This document shows positions 36,611 through 46,004 of a stretch of 47,315 nt of DNA, one piece after another. A program made the translations under genes and the position numbers. The stretch is taken from the NCBI GenBank assembly GCA_965372715.1, contig CBDVDH010000028.1, positions 1-47,315 on the forward strand. Reading direction: 5' to 3'. Below the pieces are notes generated by a model, which was given only the letters and a program-made list of their open reading frames with translations, did not search any database and had not been told where the DNA came from. Source of the DNA: an uncultured bacterium. GTDB taxonomy: Bacteria; B130-G9. Within the stretch, counting starts at the first letter, position 1; each line of letters opens with the position of its first letter.

Positions 36611-38293
36611 TTGAACGGAAAGCCGGCGTCAGGTTTGAGGTCTGGATATGTCCTCGCGGTCGGGCTGGTCCTGCTAGCGCTTACATCCGCAGCGTTTGGG
36701 CAGCAGGAGTATCCGCATCGTCGGTTTCCGATACTCTTTTCTGAGAACAAGGGAGCCTCGAACTTGGGGATAAACGTCGGGCCGTGGTCGATGCCCGATC
36801 CAGTGAAGAACGACGTTCGTATCGCGTGGGACTACACCTACTGGGCTGGCGTGAAGTGGGTCAAGCTCTCTCACTGGGCCAACAAAGGCTGCTGGGATTG
36901 GGTCGAGCTAATGCCGGGCGAATATCATTTCCACGACGACGTTATCGGGGCGAACATAGACGACGCGATCGCGCACGGGATGCAGGTCGTCTTCAACCTC
37001 GCTTACGGCAATTCGCTCTACGGGAAGCACCCTGAGTGGGAAGACAGCATCTGTGTCGAGGACCCCTCCCATCAGGACTTTGGACCTTGCACGAGGCTTT
37101 ACGTGCCCACCGACGACGCGTTGTTCAAAAGCTTCTCGCACGCCTTCGCGAGATACTGCCAGGAGATGGTCCTGCACTTTGGAGACCGGGTCAAACACTG
37201 GGAGGTCTGGTGCGAGCCCGACTTCGGGAGCTGCGATCGCACGGACGTCAACTTCTGGTCGCCTCACCCGAACCCTGCACAGTATGCCTACCTTCTGTTC
37301 GAGGCGGCAGGCGCGATCAAGTCAGTCGATGAGAGCGCAAGAATATCTTTCGCGGGCCTTGTCGGAATGGACAAGGGCTTTTTGGCGAGGTGCTTTGACA
37401 TGCTGAACTCCATGGGCGATGCAATTGGCGAGTCGGACTGGGTCTGCGGGAACATAGACATCATCGGGATAGACCCTTTCCGCCACGATAAGTCCGGTCC
37501 GTTGAGCGCCCATAACCGTCCCGAGAGTCCGACGCCCGTCGTCAACGACGACAGCATGGAGAACGCCTGGTGCGAGCGCCGCCTTTCCGAGTTTGCGAGT
37601 TATGAGGAGCAGATGGCCGATTTCCGTGAGTTCCTCCAGCCGTTCTTTGAGTGCAGAGGAGGCGCGGACGTTTGGGTTTTACAGGACTGCTGGATGGACA
37701 ACGTTTGGGGCCCTGAGATACAGGCCAAATACTTGGCTAGGACATACGTCATCAACTTCGCGCTGGGGGTTCCGGTCTTCTGGTGGCAGCTGAAGGAAGG
37801 CTCGGAGCTCTACGCGCACGACTGGGGCATACTTCACAACCAAACGTGTGAGCCCAGGCCGGCCTATTTAACGCTCCAGGCCATTTGCGCCGCGTTTGAC
37901 AGCAGCATGAGCCCGCGTCCTCTGTGGTTCAGGTTTCCCGACCGGGACCCGGGGCCGGTTCGCTTCTTTTCCTTCTTCTCTCCGACCGACGTTACTATCG
38001 CGGTCTATAAGGACATCAAGGCCGACAAATCCACGCCCGAGACGGAGCCGCCAGAGACGTTCGACCTGGAGATCGAGAACCCCTACGATGAGCTGCCGTT
38101 TCAGGTCTGGCCCGTCCAGATGCAGACGTACCCCAACTTCCAGGTCCCCGAGGGAAAGCACCCCTGCGTCGAAGCCTACGTTACGTATGAATATAGCCCG
38201 TCGCTTAGAACGATAATCCTTCACGACGTGATCGTCGCCGACTACCCGGTTGTAATAAGCCTGGGCCGAGCGCCAGCCAGCTTAATGAGATAG
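36611..38293 (+). CDS. Secreted clan GH-A (GH39/GH5-like) glycoside hydrolase homolog
   Basis: Start placed at TTG 36611 (GAGGA RBS, signal peptide). GVKWVKL..WDWVE..PGEY, VKHWEVWCEPD; catalytic motifs atypical. Confidence 0.7.
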   Translation: MNGKPASGLRSGYVLAVGLVLLALTSAAFGQQEYPHRRFPILFSENKGASNLGINVGPWSMPDPVKNDVRIAWDYTYWAGVKWVKLSHWANKGCWDWVELMPGEYHFHDDVIGANIDDAIAHGMQVVFNLAYGNSLYGKHPEWEDSICVEDPSHQDFGPCTRLYVPTDDALFKSFSHAFARYCQEMVLHFGDRVKHWEVWCEPDFGSCDRTDVNFWSPHPNPAQYAYLLFEAAGAIKSVDESARISFAGLVGMDKGFLARCFDMLNSMGDAIGESDWVCGNIDIIGIDPFRHDKSGPLSAHNRPESPTPVVNDDSMENAWCERRLSEFASYEEQMADFREFLQPFFECRGGADVWVLQDCWMDNVWGPEIQAKYLARTYVINFALGVPVFWWQLKEGSELYAHDWGILHNQTCEPRPAYLTLQAICAAFDSSMSPRPLWFRFPDRDPGPVRFFSFFSPTDVTIAVYKDIKADKSTPETEPPETFDLEIENPYDELPFQVWPVQMQTYPNFQVPEGKHPCVEAYVTYEYSPSLRTIILHDVIVADYPVVISLGRAPASLMR

Positions 38294-38327
38294 AATACGC
38301 GCGCCCGGTCATCCCGCCGCCACCGGC

Positions 38328-38357
38328 TTGACAGTCGAGGCGCCGGGGCGTTATAGT
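38328..38357 (+). promoter_or_regulatory. Sigma70 promoter for tRNA pair
   Basis: TTGACA-18 nt-TATAGT about 70 bp upstream of tRNA-Gln. Confidence 0.55.
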
Positions 38358-38424
38358 TAAGCACAGTGTGAAGGTTGCACGACCGGGTTGCGCGGCCGCA
38401 TTTTCGCGGTCGTGAGCGTTGCGC

Positions 38425-38498
38425 TGGGAAGTCGTCCAGGGGTAGGACACGTGACTCTGGATCACGGAACCGGGGTTCGAATCCCTGCTTCCCAGCCA
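38425..38498 (+). tRNA. tRNA-Gln (anticodon CTG)
   Basis: Acceptor TGGGAAG/CTTCCCA, anticodon arm CGTGA-CTCTGGA-TCACG, GGTTCGAATCC T-loop, encoded CCA. Confidence 0.95.
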
Positions 38499-38510
38499 AT
38501 TTGTTTATGT

Positions 38511-38585
38511 GGCCCCTTCGTCTAGTGGTAAGGACGGGTGGTTCTCAGCCATCAAACAGGGGTTCGATTCCCCTAGGGGCCGCCA
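38511..38585 (+). tRNA. tRNA-Glu (anticodon CTC)
   Basis: Acceptor GGCCCCT/AGGGGCC, anticodon arm GGTGG-TTCTCAG-CCATC, GGTTCGATTCC, encoded CCA. Confidence 0.95.
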
Positions 38586-38687
38586 CTAATCTCGGTGTTC
38601 TGGTGTTTGCACGCGGATGGTCCGGGTTGCGCCGGCTACCGAAGAACGCTGCGGACAGCGGGGGATAGCGGCGCTTCAGCGAAATCG

Positions 38688-39530
38688 CTAGATAAAAGAG
38701 CGGACCAGCGAGCCGACGATAAGATACCAGCCGTCAACCATCACGAAGAGTAGTATCTTGAATGGCAGCGAGATCATGATGGGGGGCAGCATCATCATTC
38801 CCATTGAAAGCAGAACGGATGCGACGACCATGTCGATGATGAGGAAGGGCACGAAGAGGAGAAACCCTATCTGAAAGGCCGTCTTCAGCTCACTCAGCAC
38901 GAATGCTGGCACAAGGACTTTGTTCGGGACATCTTGGGGCCTTGCGGGCCGCTCCTCCTTCGCAAGATGCACGAACAGGGCGACATCCTTTTCTCGCGTC
39001 TGCCTTAGCATGAACTCCCGAATCGGCGCCATGCCGGACTTGAACGCCTCCTCGTAGTTTATTTCGTTGTTCATCAGCGGCAGGAAAGCGTCGGAATAGA
39101 CCTGATTGATGACCGGGCTCATGACGAAGTAGGTCAGAAAAAGGGCCAGTCCCAGCAGGATCTGGTTGGGTGGCGTCGATTGCGTCCCAATAGCCTGGCG
39201 CAGGAAATGGAAGACGATGATTATCCTGGTGAAGCAGGTTAGGAGCACAAGTATCGCCGGCGCAAGGGTCAGGACCGTCAGAAGGAGCATGAGCTTGAGC
39301 GTGAGGGCGACGCTGTCCGGCGAGTCGGTCTCTCCCAGCGTCAGGGTTACGGAAGGAGCAGGCGGCGCGGGAGCTGCGGGACGCGCTGGTTCCGGCGCTG
39401 CTGGCGGAGCAACCGGTAGCGTCTGGGCAAGAGCGCTGCCGCCGTCGCCCACTAGACCAAGGAAGCAAAGGACGATCAAAAATCCCAAGATGATACTTGA
39501 AGTCTTCGGCGCCCGCGCTGACCTATTCAT
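38688..39530 (-). CDS. fliP: Flagellar export gate protein FliP
   Basis: Signal peptide, LLTVLTLAPAIL..TCFTRIIIV..PPNQIL, SELKTAFQIGF, GMMMLPP..PFKILLFVMVDGW. Confidence 0.96.
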   Translation of the reverse strand: MNRSARAPKTSSIILGFLIVLCFLGLVGDGGSALAQTLPVAPPAAPEPARPAAPAPPAPSVTLTLGETDSPDSVALTLKLMLLLTVLTLAPAILVLLTCFTRIIIVFHFLRQAIGTQSTPPNQILLGLALFLTYFVMSPVINQVYSDAFLPLMNNEINYEEAFKSGMAPIREFMLRQTREKDVALFVHLAKEERPARPQDVPNKVLVPAFVLSELKTAFQIGFLLFVPFLIIDMVVASVLLSMGMMMLPPIMISLPFKILLFVMVDGWYLIVGSLVRSFI

Positions 39531-39582
39531 GTTTCATCCAATACCTCAGACCGAACAAATGCGAAGGCTGTGCAAGAGGGTC

Positions 39583-40632
39583 TCATACTACCAACAGTCT
39601 TTCGATCGCGTTGTCCCAACTGTGCTCTAACGAGGCCTCGTATGCCGCCTGGCCCAGCGATTCCGCCAGGTCCCGGTTTGCGCTGAGCCTATCTATTGCG
39701 CGCGCGATGGCGGTCTCGTCAGGTTCGCAGACAAGGCCGGTGGCCCCGTCCCTCACGAGCTCCGTCGGGCCGCCGCTGTCGGTGCAAGTTATCACGGCCT
39801 TATGACACTTGCTCGCCTCAAGCGTCACCAGACCGTAATCCTCGCTAAACGGGCCGTAGAAAACGGCCAGGCACTCCGAGTAATACTTGCTGAGCGTGCT
39901 GTAGTTCATCTCGCCCGCGAATTTGACCTTTCTTTTGAGCCCCAACCGCTCCACCAGAACCTTCAATTGACTCTCCTGCGGCCCCCCTCCAGCGATAATG
40001 GCGTGAACGCCTGACCTTTTCAAGTTGCCAAGAGCTTTGATCAGAAGATCGTGTCGCTTCAGATCGACAAGCCTGCCCGGTGACAGGATGAACTTGCCAT
40101 AGCTGTATCTTTCACACCCAACGAGGTCCGTCGCGGGCGGATAGAGCACCTCGGAGCGTATGTCCCCGAATCGTCGCAGCCTACTTTGGACAGTTCTCGA
40201 CTGCGCGTAGAGCCTCGTCACGTTTTTCTTCAGCAGATAAGTGTCTATCGTGTGCAGCAGTCTCCGGCGAACTCGCTCTTTTATGAGTTGTCGGCTAGAA
40301 ACGAGGCTGGACGAGAATCTCTCCCAGAGGTCGTAGTATTCGCGCATGCGATGGTTGAACCAGCAGACGTGAGCCGGGTGCCGAACCGCGAAGCTCGGGA
40401 ACTTCAGCGAGATGACTTGATCAACGCTCTCGACACAGCCCTCGAAACGCACATCGGTCAGAAGCGCAGCCAAATAGGCAGAAAACTGGCGACCAAACCG
40501 GTTCTGCGCAACCGTCAATAGCTGCGCCTCGTGTCCACGCAGCTTGAGCTGTCGAATCAACGTCTGCGCCAGGAGCTCGTTGCCGCCTTCCACAAACGGC
40601 ACGGTGGACGTCACGACACATATCCGTTTCAT
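39583..40632 (-). CDS. Glycosyltransferase family 4
   Basis: PFVEGGNE, GRLVDLKR, EDYGLVTLEA (E-x7-E), DSGGPTELV. Confidence 0.9.
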   Translation of the reverse strand: MKRICVVTSTVPFVEGGNELLAQTLIRQLKLRGHEAQLLTVAQNRFGRQFSAYLAALLTDVRFEGCVESVDQVISLKFPSFAVRHPAHVCWFNHRMREYYDLWERFSSSLVSSRQLIKERVRRRLLHTIDTYLLKKNVTRLYAQSRTVQSRLRRFGDIRSEVLYPPATDLVGCERYSYGKFILSPGRLVDLKRHDLLIKALGNLKRSGVHAIIAGGGPQESQLKVLVERLGLKRKVKFAGEMNYSTLSKYYSECLAVFYGPFSEDYGLVTLEASKCHKAVITCTDSGGPTELVRDGATGLVCEPDETAIARAIDRLSANRDLAESLGQAAYEASLEHSWDNAIERLLVV

Positions 40633-40771
40633 AGTGATGAGAGTATATCACAGTCGTCGCGGGCCGCAGGCGAAAGGTCGTCGCGCATACATTTGCAGTT
40701 GGCGGTTGGCAGTGAGTGGGTTCGCCGCGAGAATGCCTGCCCTCATCGCTCAGAAAGAGCGACGCCGGGAG

Positions 40772-41641
40772 CTAGTTGAGGACTACAGAGAGATTCTTTT
40801 CCTTTGCGAATCGGCGTATTCTCTGCTTCGCAACGGACTCGATCTGCCGGACACGTTCTCGGCTCAAACCCATTTCTTGCCCCACGCTCTCCAGGCTTCT
40901 TTTGAGACCGCCCTTCAGGCCGAACCTAAGCGTTATCACCGTTTGCTCCTGTTTATTCAGCTGCTCGATGAGCTCGCGAAGGCGCTCCATGTAGCTTTGC
41001 AGTATAGCCGCCTGCTCGATCTCGCTCTCGCCGTAGGTCTCTGCGTCGTCGAGATTCGCCTCTAGAATATCGGTGCCGCGGTCCTTTGAAGACTCGATCG
41101 AGATGGCGTCGGTCGATGCTCTCAGAAGGATCTCAACCTCGGCCTCGGAGAGGCCAACGTGCTCCGCGACTTCGCCCGGCTTCGGCGCTCGGTTCAGCTC
41201 GTTGCGCAGGTATTCGTATGCGTTCTTGATCGCCTGAAGCCGAAGCCGCTGTTTGGCTGGCAGCCTCACGATGCCGGCCTGGGCTGCCAGGGCCGACCTG
41301 ATGGATTGCTGAATCCACCACTTGGCATAGGTAATGAACCGATTGGCTTTGTCGGGATCGAATCTCTTGGCCGCCTCGATCAAGCCTATATTGCCCTCGT
41401 TGATCAGGTCGAGCAAGGGTACTCCGCTGTTTGAGTATTTCTTGGCTATCGAGACAACGAAGCGCAGGTTGGACCTGACGAGTCCCTCGACCGCCTCCTT
41501 ATCGCCGTTCTTGGCACGCCGGCCTAGCTCGATCTCCTGCTCCCTAGTCAAAAGAGGAGTCCTGGAGATCTCCCTCAAGTAGGTTCTGAGAATATCCTCA
41601 GAAGCTGCCTCGCTACCGTTGGATTTGCTTCTATCGCTCAT
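40772..41641 (-). CDS. Sigma-70 family (RpoD/RpoS-like, no region 1.1) RNA polymerase sigma factor
   Basis: YLREI, NLRFVVSIAKKY, DLINEGNIGL, TYAKWWI, region-4 HTH LSRERVRQIE. Confidence 0.93.
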   Translation of the reverse strand: MSDRSKSNGSEAASEDILRTYLREISRTPLLTREQEIELGRRAKNGDKEAVEGLVRSNLRFVVSIAKKYSNSGVPLLDLINEGNIGLIEAAKRFDPDKANRFITYAKWWIQQSIRSALAAQAGIVRLPAKQRLRLQAIKNAYEYLRNELNRAPKPGEVAEHVGLSEAEVEILLRASTDAISIESSKDRGTDILEANLDDAETYGESEIEQAAILQSYMERLRELIEQLNKQEQTVITLRFGLKGGLKRSLESVGQEMGLSRERVRQIESVAKQRIRRFAKEKNLSVVLN

Positions 41642-41850
41642 TGGTTCGTGCTTCGCTCCTCACCATCCGCAGCCGAAACGCCCAGCCACACATCGGTAGT
41701 GCAGTCGCTCTTCATACAGAAGATTACCGCAGAGCTGAAACCGATGCAAACGCCTGACCTCGCCATCGATCTGCGCGGAGGACGGAGCCCCGCGCCGATT
41801 CCCTGTGCTCCACCACATTGTATGGCAAGACGGACAGCTAGGTCCGCCGC

Positions 41851-42270
41851 CTATTCTCCCATGATCTGAACGATCACTCTGCGGTTGCGGGGACTGTTGT
41901 CGAAATCGAGAAGCACAATCTGTTGCCATGTGCCGAGCACGAGCTTTCCAGAATGAAGCGGCACAGATAACGAGCTGCCGATCATGGCCGCCCTAACGTG
42001 TGAAAAGCCGTTGCCGTCGCCCCACCTCAGATCATGTTGGTAGCGGATGTCCGAAGGGGCCATGCGCGCTATCGCGTCTTTCAGGTCTTGCACCACACCT
42101 GACTCGTATTCGATTGTCGATATCGCAGCCGTCGAACCAGCCACACAAACGGTTACCAGCCCATTCTTGATATCGGACTGTGATACCGCTTTAATAACGC
42201 GGTCTGTGATATCGATAGTGTCCGTAAACCCCCTCGTCGGGACCTGGAACTCTCTCAAGGCAACAGGCAT
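41851..42270 (-). CDS. yjbQ: UPF0047/YjbQ protein (secondary thiamine-phosphate synthase)
   Basis: GSTAAI..EYE, HD..WGDGNGFSH, LGTWQQIVLLDFD. Confidence 0.9.
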   Translation of the reverse strand: MPVALREFQVPTRGFTDTIDITDRVIKAVSQSDIKNGLVTVCVAGSTAAISTIEYESGVVQDLKDAIARMAPSDIRYQHDLRWGDGNGFSHVRAAMIGSSLSVPLHSGKLVLGTWQQIVLLDFDNSPRNRRVIVQIMGE

Positions 42271-42383
42271 CTCGCCTCGCTGTATCTCTTATACTTTGGC
42301 AAATGCGAGGGAAGAGCACTGCTCAATCCCTCGTATCTAAACAACTGAGCGACTCCTTCGGTTGCCGGTAACACGGCAAGGGT

Positions 42384-42410
42384 TAAGAAAATCACAGTCA
42401 GTTACGATAT
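42384..42410 (+). promoter_or_regulatory. Putative sigma28 (FliA) promoter for motA operon
   Basis: TAAG-N15-TACGATAT versus consensus TAAA-N15-GCCGATAA, 80 bp upstream of motA. Confidence 0.45.
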
Positions 42411-42490
42411 GTATTGGCGCAAATAGTAGTGCGTCTTTTCGTGTCTGAAAAGCTTATAAGGACTCTGAAGGCAGGTTAAGCTAAAGCGCT

Positions 42491-43249
42491 ATGGACATAG
42501 CGACAATCGTCGGCTTATTGGTTGGGGGCGGCCTTGTCCTGTTTGGGATGGGTGGCTCAGTCAGCGCATTCATCGACGTCGCCTCGTTTATGATCGTGGC
42601 TGGCGGCACGATCGGAGCTGCGCTCATCAGTTTCCCACTCAAGGACATGACGGGGCTGGCTGGCGTGATTCAGCATGCTGTTTTCGTCCGCGTAAAGGCC
42701 CCCAACGATCTGGTTATGCAGCTGGTTTCGTTTTCGCAAAAGGCCAGAAGGGACGGGATGCTTTCGCTGGAGGGTGTTGCAAAGGAAATCGACGATGAAT
42801 ACCTGAAGAAGGGGATTGGCCTCGCCGTTGACGGCACTCAGGCTGAGCTTGTGAAAGAGATACTCGAGACCGAGATGGACTATGTATCCGACCGGCACAA
42901 GGTTGGCGCGTCAATACTGGAAGCCATGGGAGGGTATTCCCCCGCGTTCGGCATGGTTGGAACCTTGATCGGGCTCATCTTGATGTTGCAGTCCATGGAC
43001 GATCCAAGCACGATTGGCCCCGCGATGGCGATTGCGTTGATAACGACCTTCTATGGCGCTTTGTTTGCGAACCTGATATTTATACCTCTCGGCGCGAAGC
43101 TAAAGAAAAGATCACAGGAGGAAAGGCTCCGCAAGGAGATGATAGTATCCGGCATTATGTCGATTCAGAGCGGGGACAATCCCAGGCTGGTTGAGCAGAA
43201 ACTCAACACTTTTTTGGCGCCCAAGGAGCGCGGGTCTTCCTTCGAGTAG
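42491..43249 (+). CDS. motA: Flagellar stator A subunit (MotA/PomA)
   Basis: MDIATIVG, IVAGGT, ARRDGMLSLE (conserved R/E), PAFGMVGTLIGL, ALITTFYG. Confidence 0.95.
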   Translation: MDIATIVGLLVGGGLVLFGMGGSVSAFIDVASFMIVAGGTIGAALISFPLKDMTGLAGVIQHAVFVRVKAPNDLVMQLVSFSQKARRDGMLSLEGVAKEIDDEYLKKGIGLAVDGTQAELVKEILETEMDYVSDRHKVGASILEAMGGYSPAFGMVGTLIGLILMLQSMDDPSTIGPAMAIALITTFYGALFANLIFIPLGAKLKKRSQEERLRKEMIVSGIMSIQSGDNPRLVEQKLNTFLAPKERGSSFE

Positions 43250-43388
43250 GCACGATGAATACAAAGAGCTCCGAGCGCTCTCTGCTGACCGTTATGGCAG
43301 ACTTCGCCATAGTAGCCTATGAGGCTACGTCGGCTGAACCGGCAACGGTCGAATTACCCAGACGTTCTCCCTCCAGGTAGGAAGCAAG

Positions 43389-44132
43389 ATGGCCGAAGAA
43401 GAGTCAAAAGAGCTCCCAGGGTGGGTTCCGCTTTTCACCTGTTTGATGATCCTTTTGTGCGCCTTCTTCATCATGCTCGTGGCGTATTCGTCGTTTGATG
43501 ACAAGAAAACCAAAGTTGCGATCGGTTCCTTGAGAGGCACATTCGGCGTCTCCGGTGGTCTTGGACTGTTCCCAACTGACGAAAGCTCATCGCCGCTTCA
43601 GGACCCCGGCAATACGTCAGAGCCCCACGGGACTGAGTCGATGGTACAGAAGCTCCGCGCCTTCGGGAGGTTCTGCGAAGCACACAAAGGAATTCGTGTC
43701 CGATATGACTCAAAAGGCATGAGGATAGATGCAGCAGAGAGAGTCCTATTCGATCTTGGCTCTGCAAAGATCAGAACCGATAGTGAAGAGTTTTTGGGCA
43801 CGGTTGCTGATCTTGTCGTGGAGGCCCAGAGCCACGCGCTGGTCGAGGGGCACTGCGACAAGGCCGACGTCGAGGCCTCTGATTACGCTTCAGGATGGGA
43901 GCTGTCCGTTGAAAGGACAATTGCGGTTACGAGATTCTTCGTGAGTTCTGGGGTCGAGCCCGGCAGGCTGGCGAGCTATGGCTACGGTGAGTTCAATCCG
44001 CTCTCCTGGGGGGAGAATAAGAAGGACGGATTCAATCGAAGGGTTACAATCCTAATAGACATCGGAGATGTAGAGAACCTGTTGAGTGAGTTTGAGGAAA
44101 CGGATGGCGAGGAAGAAGAAGCAAACAGCTAA
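43389..44132 (+). CDS. motB: MotB-family stator subunit lacking the conserved TM Asp
   Basis: TM WVPLFTCLMILLCAFFIML and OmpA-like domain VEGHCD..WELSVER..GYGE..NRRV. Confidence 0.85.
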   Translation: MAEEESKELPGWVPLFTCLMILLCAFFIMLVAYSSFDDKKTKVAIGSLRGTFGVSGGLGLFPTDESSSPLQDPGNTSEPHGTESMVQKLRAFGRFCEAHKGIRVRYDSKGMRIDAAERVLFDLGSAKIRTDSEEFLGTVADLVVEAQSHALVEGHCDKADVEASDYASGWELSVERTIAVTRFFVSSGVEPGRLASYGYGEFNPLSWGENKKDGFNRRVTILIDIGDVENLLSEFEETDGEEEEANS

Positions 44133-44877
44133 GGGCGGCGCAGACCAGAGCTGGATGTTGACATTCTCGGACATGATGACGTTGCTTCTAACGTTCTTCG
44201 TGCTCCTGTTTTCGATGTCTTCCACCGACAGTGAAAAGCTGAATCGGGCGATTCAGGCGCTTCAGAACCAGTTTGCAGTTCTCGAGCTGGGCGCTTTAGG
44301 TCTGAGCGATTCTCCCATGGCTGGCCGGGAGGACCCCGGGCTGAGGATAAGGCCGGGCCAGATAGGAGCTGCAATTGACGAGATGAAGCGATTCATCTCG
44401 TCCGAAAACCTTGACGACGGCGTTCAGGTGACGCGAACCGAGCGGGGCCTGAAGGTCTCCATTTCGGCAGACGTTCTCTTCGATTCGGGTTCCGTGGTGG
44501 TAAAGAAAGAACTATACCCTCTTCTTCACAAGGTCTCGCTTCTCGCAACCAGGCTTGCCAAGACGGTTCGTGTCGAGGGCAACACGGATAGTGCGCCTTT
44601 CGTCGGGAGAAACTACGATTCGAACCTTGAACTCTCCGCTTACAGGGCGATTAACGTTCTTCGGGTCATTTTGCAGAAAAGAGCTTTCACCCCTCACGGC
44701 GCATCCATCGGCGCGTTTGGCGAACATAACCCGATCTATCCACAAGAGCAGACCGACGAGGAACGAAGGGCTAACAGACGAGTTGACGTCTTCATAACCG
44801 ATCCACCTGACGCTGAATCTTTTTGGTATGCGCTAATGCAGTCGTATCTTGACAGCGCAAATAGGGCAAATCGATAA
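44104..44877 (+). CDS. motB: Flagellar stator B subunit (MotB/PomB) with canonical Asp
   Basis: Start placed at ATG 44104. TM WMLTFSDMMTLLLTFFVLLFSMS; OmpA-like VEGNTD..NLELS..RA..NRRVD. Confidence 0.92.
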   Translation: MARKKKQTAKGGADQSWMLTFSDMMTLLLTFFVLLFSMSSTDSEKLNRAIQALQNQFAVLELGALGLSDSPMAGREDPGLRIRPGQIGAAIDEMKRFISSENLDDGVQVTRTERGLKVSISADVLFDSGSVVVKKELYPLLHKVSLLATRLAKTVRVEGNTDSAPFVGRNYDSNLELSAYRAINVLRVILQKRAFTPHGASIGAFGEHNPIYPQEQTDEERRANRRVDVFITDPPDAESFWYALMQSYLDSANRANR

Positions 44878-44952
44878 GTTCATTTGCGTCTTGATAAACT
44901 CTTTGCTATCTTAGACTTGTAATTCATCAAACGCTTGTGGAGATGGCTTATC

Positions 44953-45495
44953 GTGGCAGATGACACGACTGGCGCGGGAGACCCAGGCGGCCAGCAGAAA
45001 GCGGGCCCCGTCAAGAAGAAAATCTCCCTCGTCAAGATACTAATTCTCTTGATCATTGCGCTCGTGGTGCTTGGCGGCGCTGCCGTGGGGGTTCTGTATT
45101 TCCTCTATGGTTTGGAGTCGACTGACAGCGGCTCAAAGACGCAAGCTGGCGAGCCCAAGCAGAACGATTCCCCCCAAACCCCGGTGGCCTCCGAAGAGGT
45201 CGGCACCTACGAGCTCAAGCCGTTTATTGTCAACCTGGCGGACGGTAGCTCTTATCTAAAGATCACGATAGCGCTGGGCTACGGTGTCCCGGAGCATCAG
45301 AAGCTTCTTGAGGACAAGTCAACACAGATAAGGGACGCGATTCTTACGGTATTGTCCTCCAAGAGCGCCAAGACATTGTCAACCAAACACGGGAAAATGA
45401 AGCTCAAGGAAGACGTTAAGAACGCGTTGAACAAGCTCGCCGGCCTTAGAAATGTTATCACTTCGGTCTATTTCACAGAATTCCAGATCCTATAA
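44953..45495 (+). CDS. fliL: Flagellar basal body-associated protein FliL
   Basis: Single TM, then FIVNLAD..YLKITI..IRDAI..VYFTEF. GTG start after GGAG. Confidence 0.92.
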   Translation: MADDTTGAGDPGGQQKAGPVKKKISLVKILILLIIALVVLGGAAVGVLYFLYGLESTDSGSKTQAGEPKQNDSPQTPVASEEVGTYELKPFIVNLADGSSYLKITIALGYGVPEHQKLLEDKSTQIRDAILTVLSSKSAKTLSTKHGKMKLKEDVKNALNKLAGLRNVITSVYFTEFQIL

Positions 45496-45637
45496 GGGGT
45501 CATCGACTCGAGCCTGGAGCATTTTTGAAGGTTGGCTAGGCGCCCGAAGATGAACGGTTGACCACAAATAATCCGTGTCGATTTCGCGGCATCCCGACAA
45601 TGCTGCAAGACGTTTAGGCTGCAAAAGAGGCAAGATA

Positions 45638-45958
45638 ATGGCCAAGACTCTGCCGCCCTCGGAGACTGGTTTTGTATCGGAACCTCTCGTTGCAAGCTCC
45701 CATAATACCTCAAAATCAACGATTGATTTCTTGTCAGATATCTCGGTAACCCTTTCCGTAGTATTGGGTAGGGCAACCATCTCTATCAGACAGCTGTTGG
45801 AATTGGGCGTTGGCAGCGTGGTAGAAGTTGATAGGCCGGTTGGCGAAAGCCTTGATTTGAACACAAATGGGTCGCCGTTTGGCAAGGTGGAGGTTACGGT
45901 CATTGAGGATACCTACGGTCTGCGAATAGCAGAGATAATCAACCCTTTTGCGGGGTAA
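45638..45958 (+). CDS. fliN: Flagellar motor switch protein FliN (SpoA domain)
   Basis: IDFLSDISVTLSVVLGRATISIRQLLEL..GSVVEVDR..YGLRIAEI. Confidence 0.88.
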   Translation: MAKTLPPSETGFVSEPLVASSHNTSKSTIDFLSDISVTLSVVLGRATISIRQLLELGVGSVVEVDRPVGESLDLNTNGSPFGKVEVTVIEDTYGLRIAEIINPFAG

Positions 45959-46004
45959 CCACCTTCTCATCGACCATGCCGCCTTTTGCAGTGGGGAAAG
46001 ACCG

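Noticed and set aside
38425-38690. tRNA-anchored genomic island or prophage
   Set aside because: No integrase, and no duplicated tRNA 3' end noticed in the window.
42491-44877. Zorya (ZorAB) defence system
   Set aside because: MotA is a short flagellar type without the long ZorA tail, and the neighbours are fliL/fliN/fliO, not zorC/D/E.
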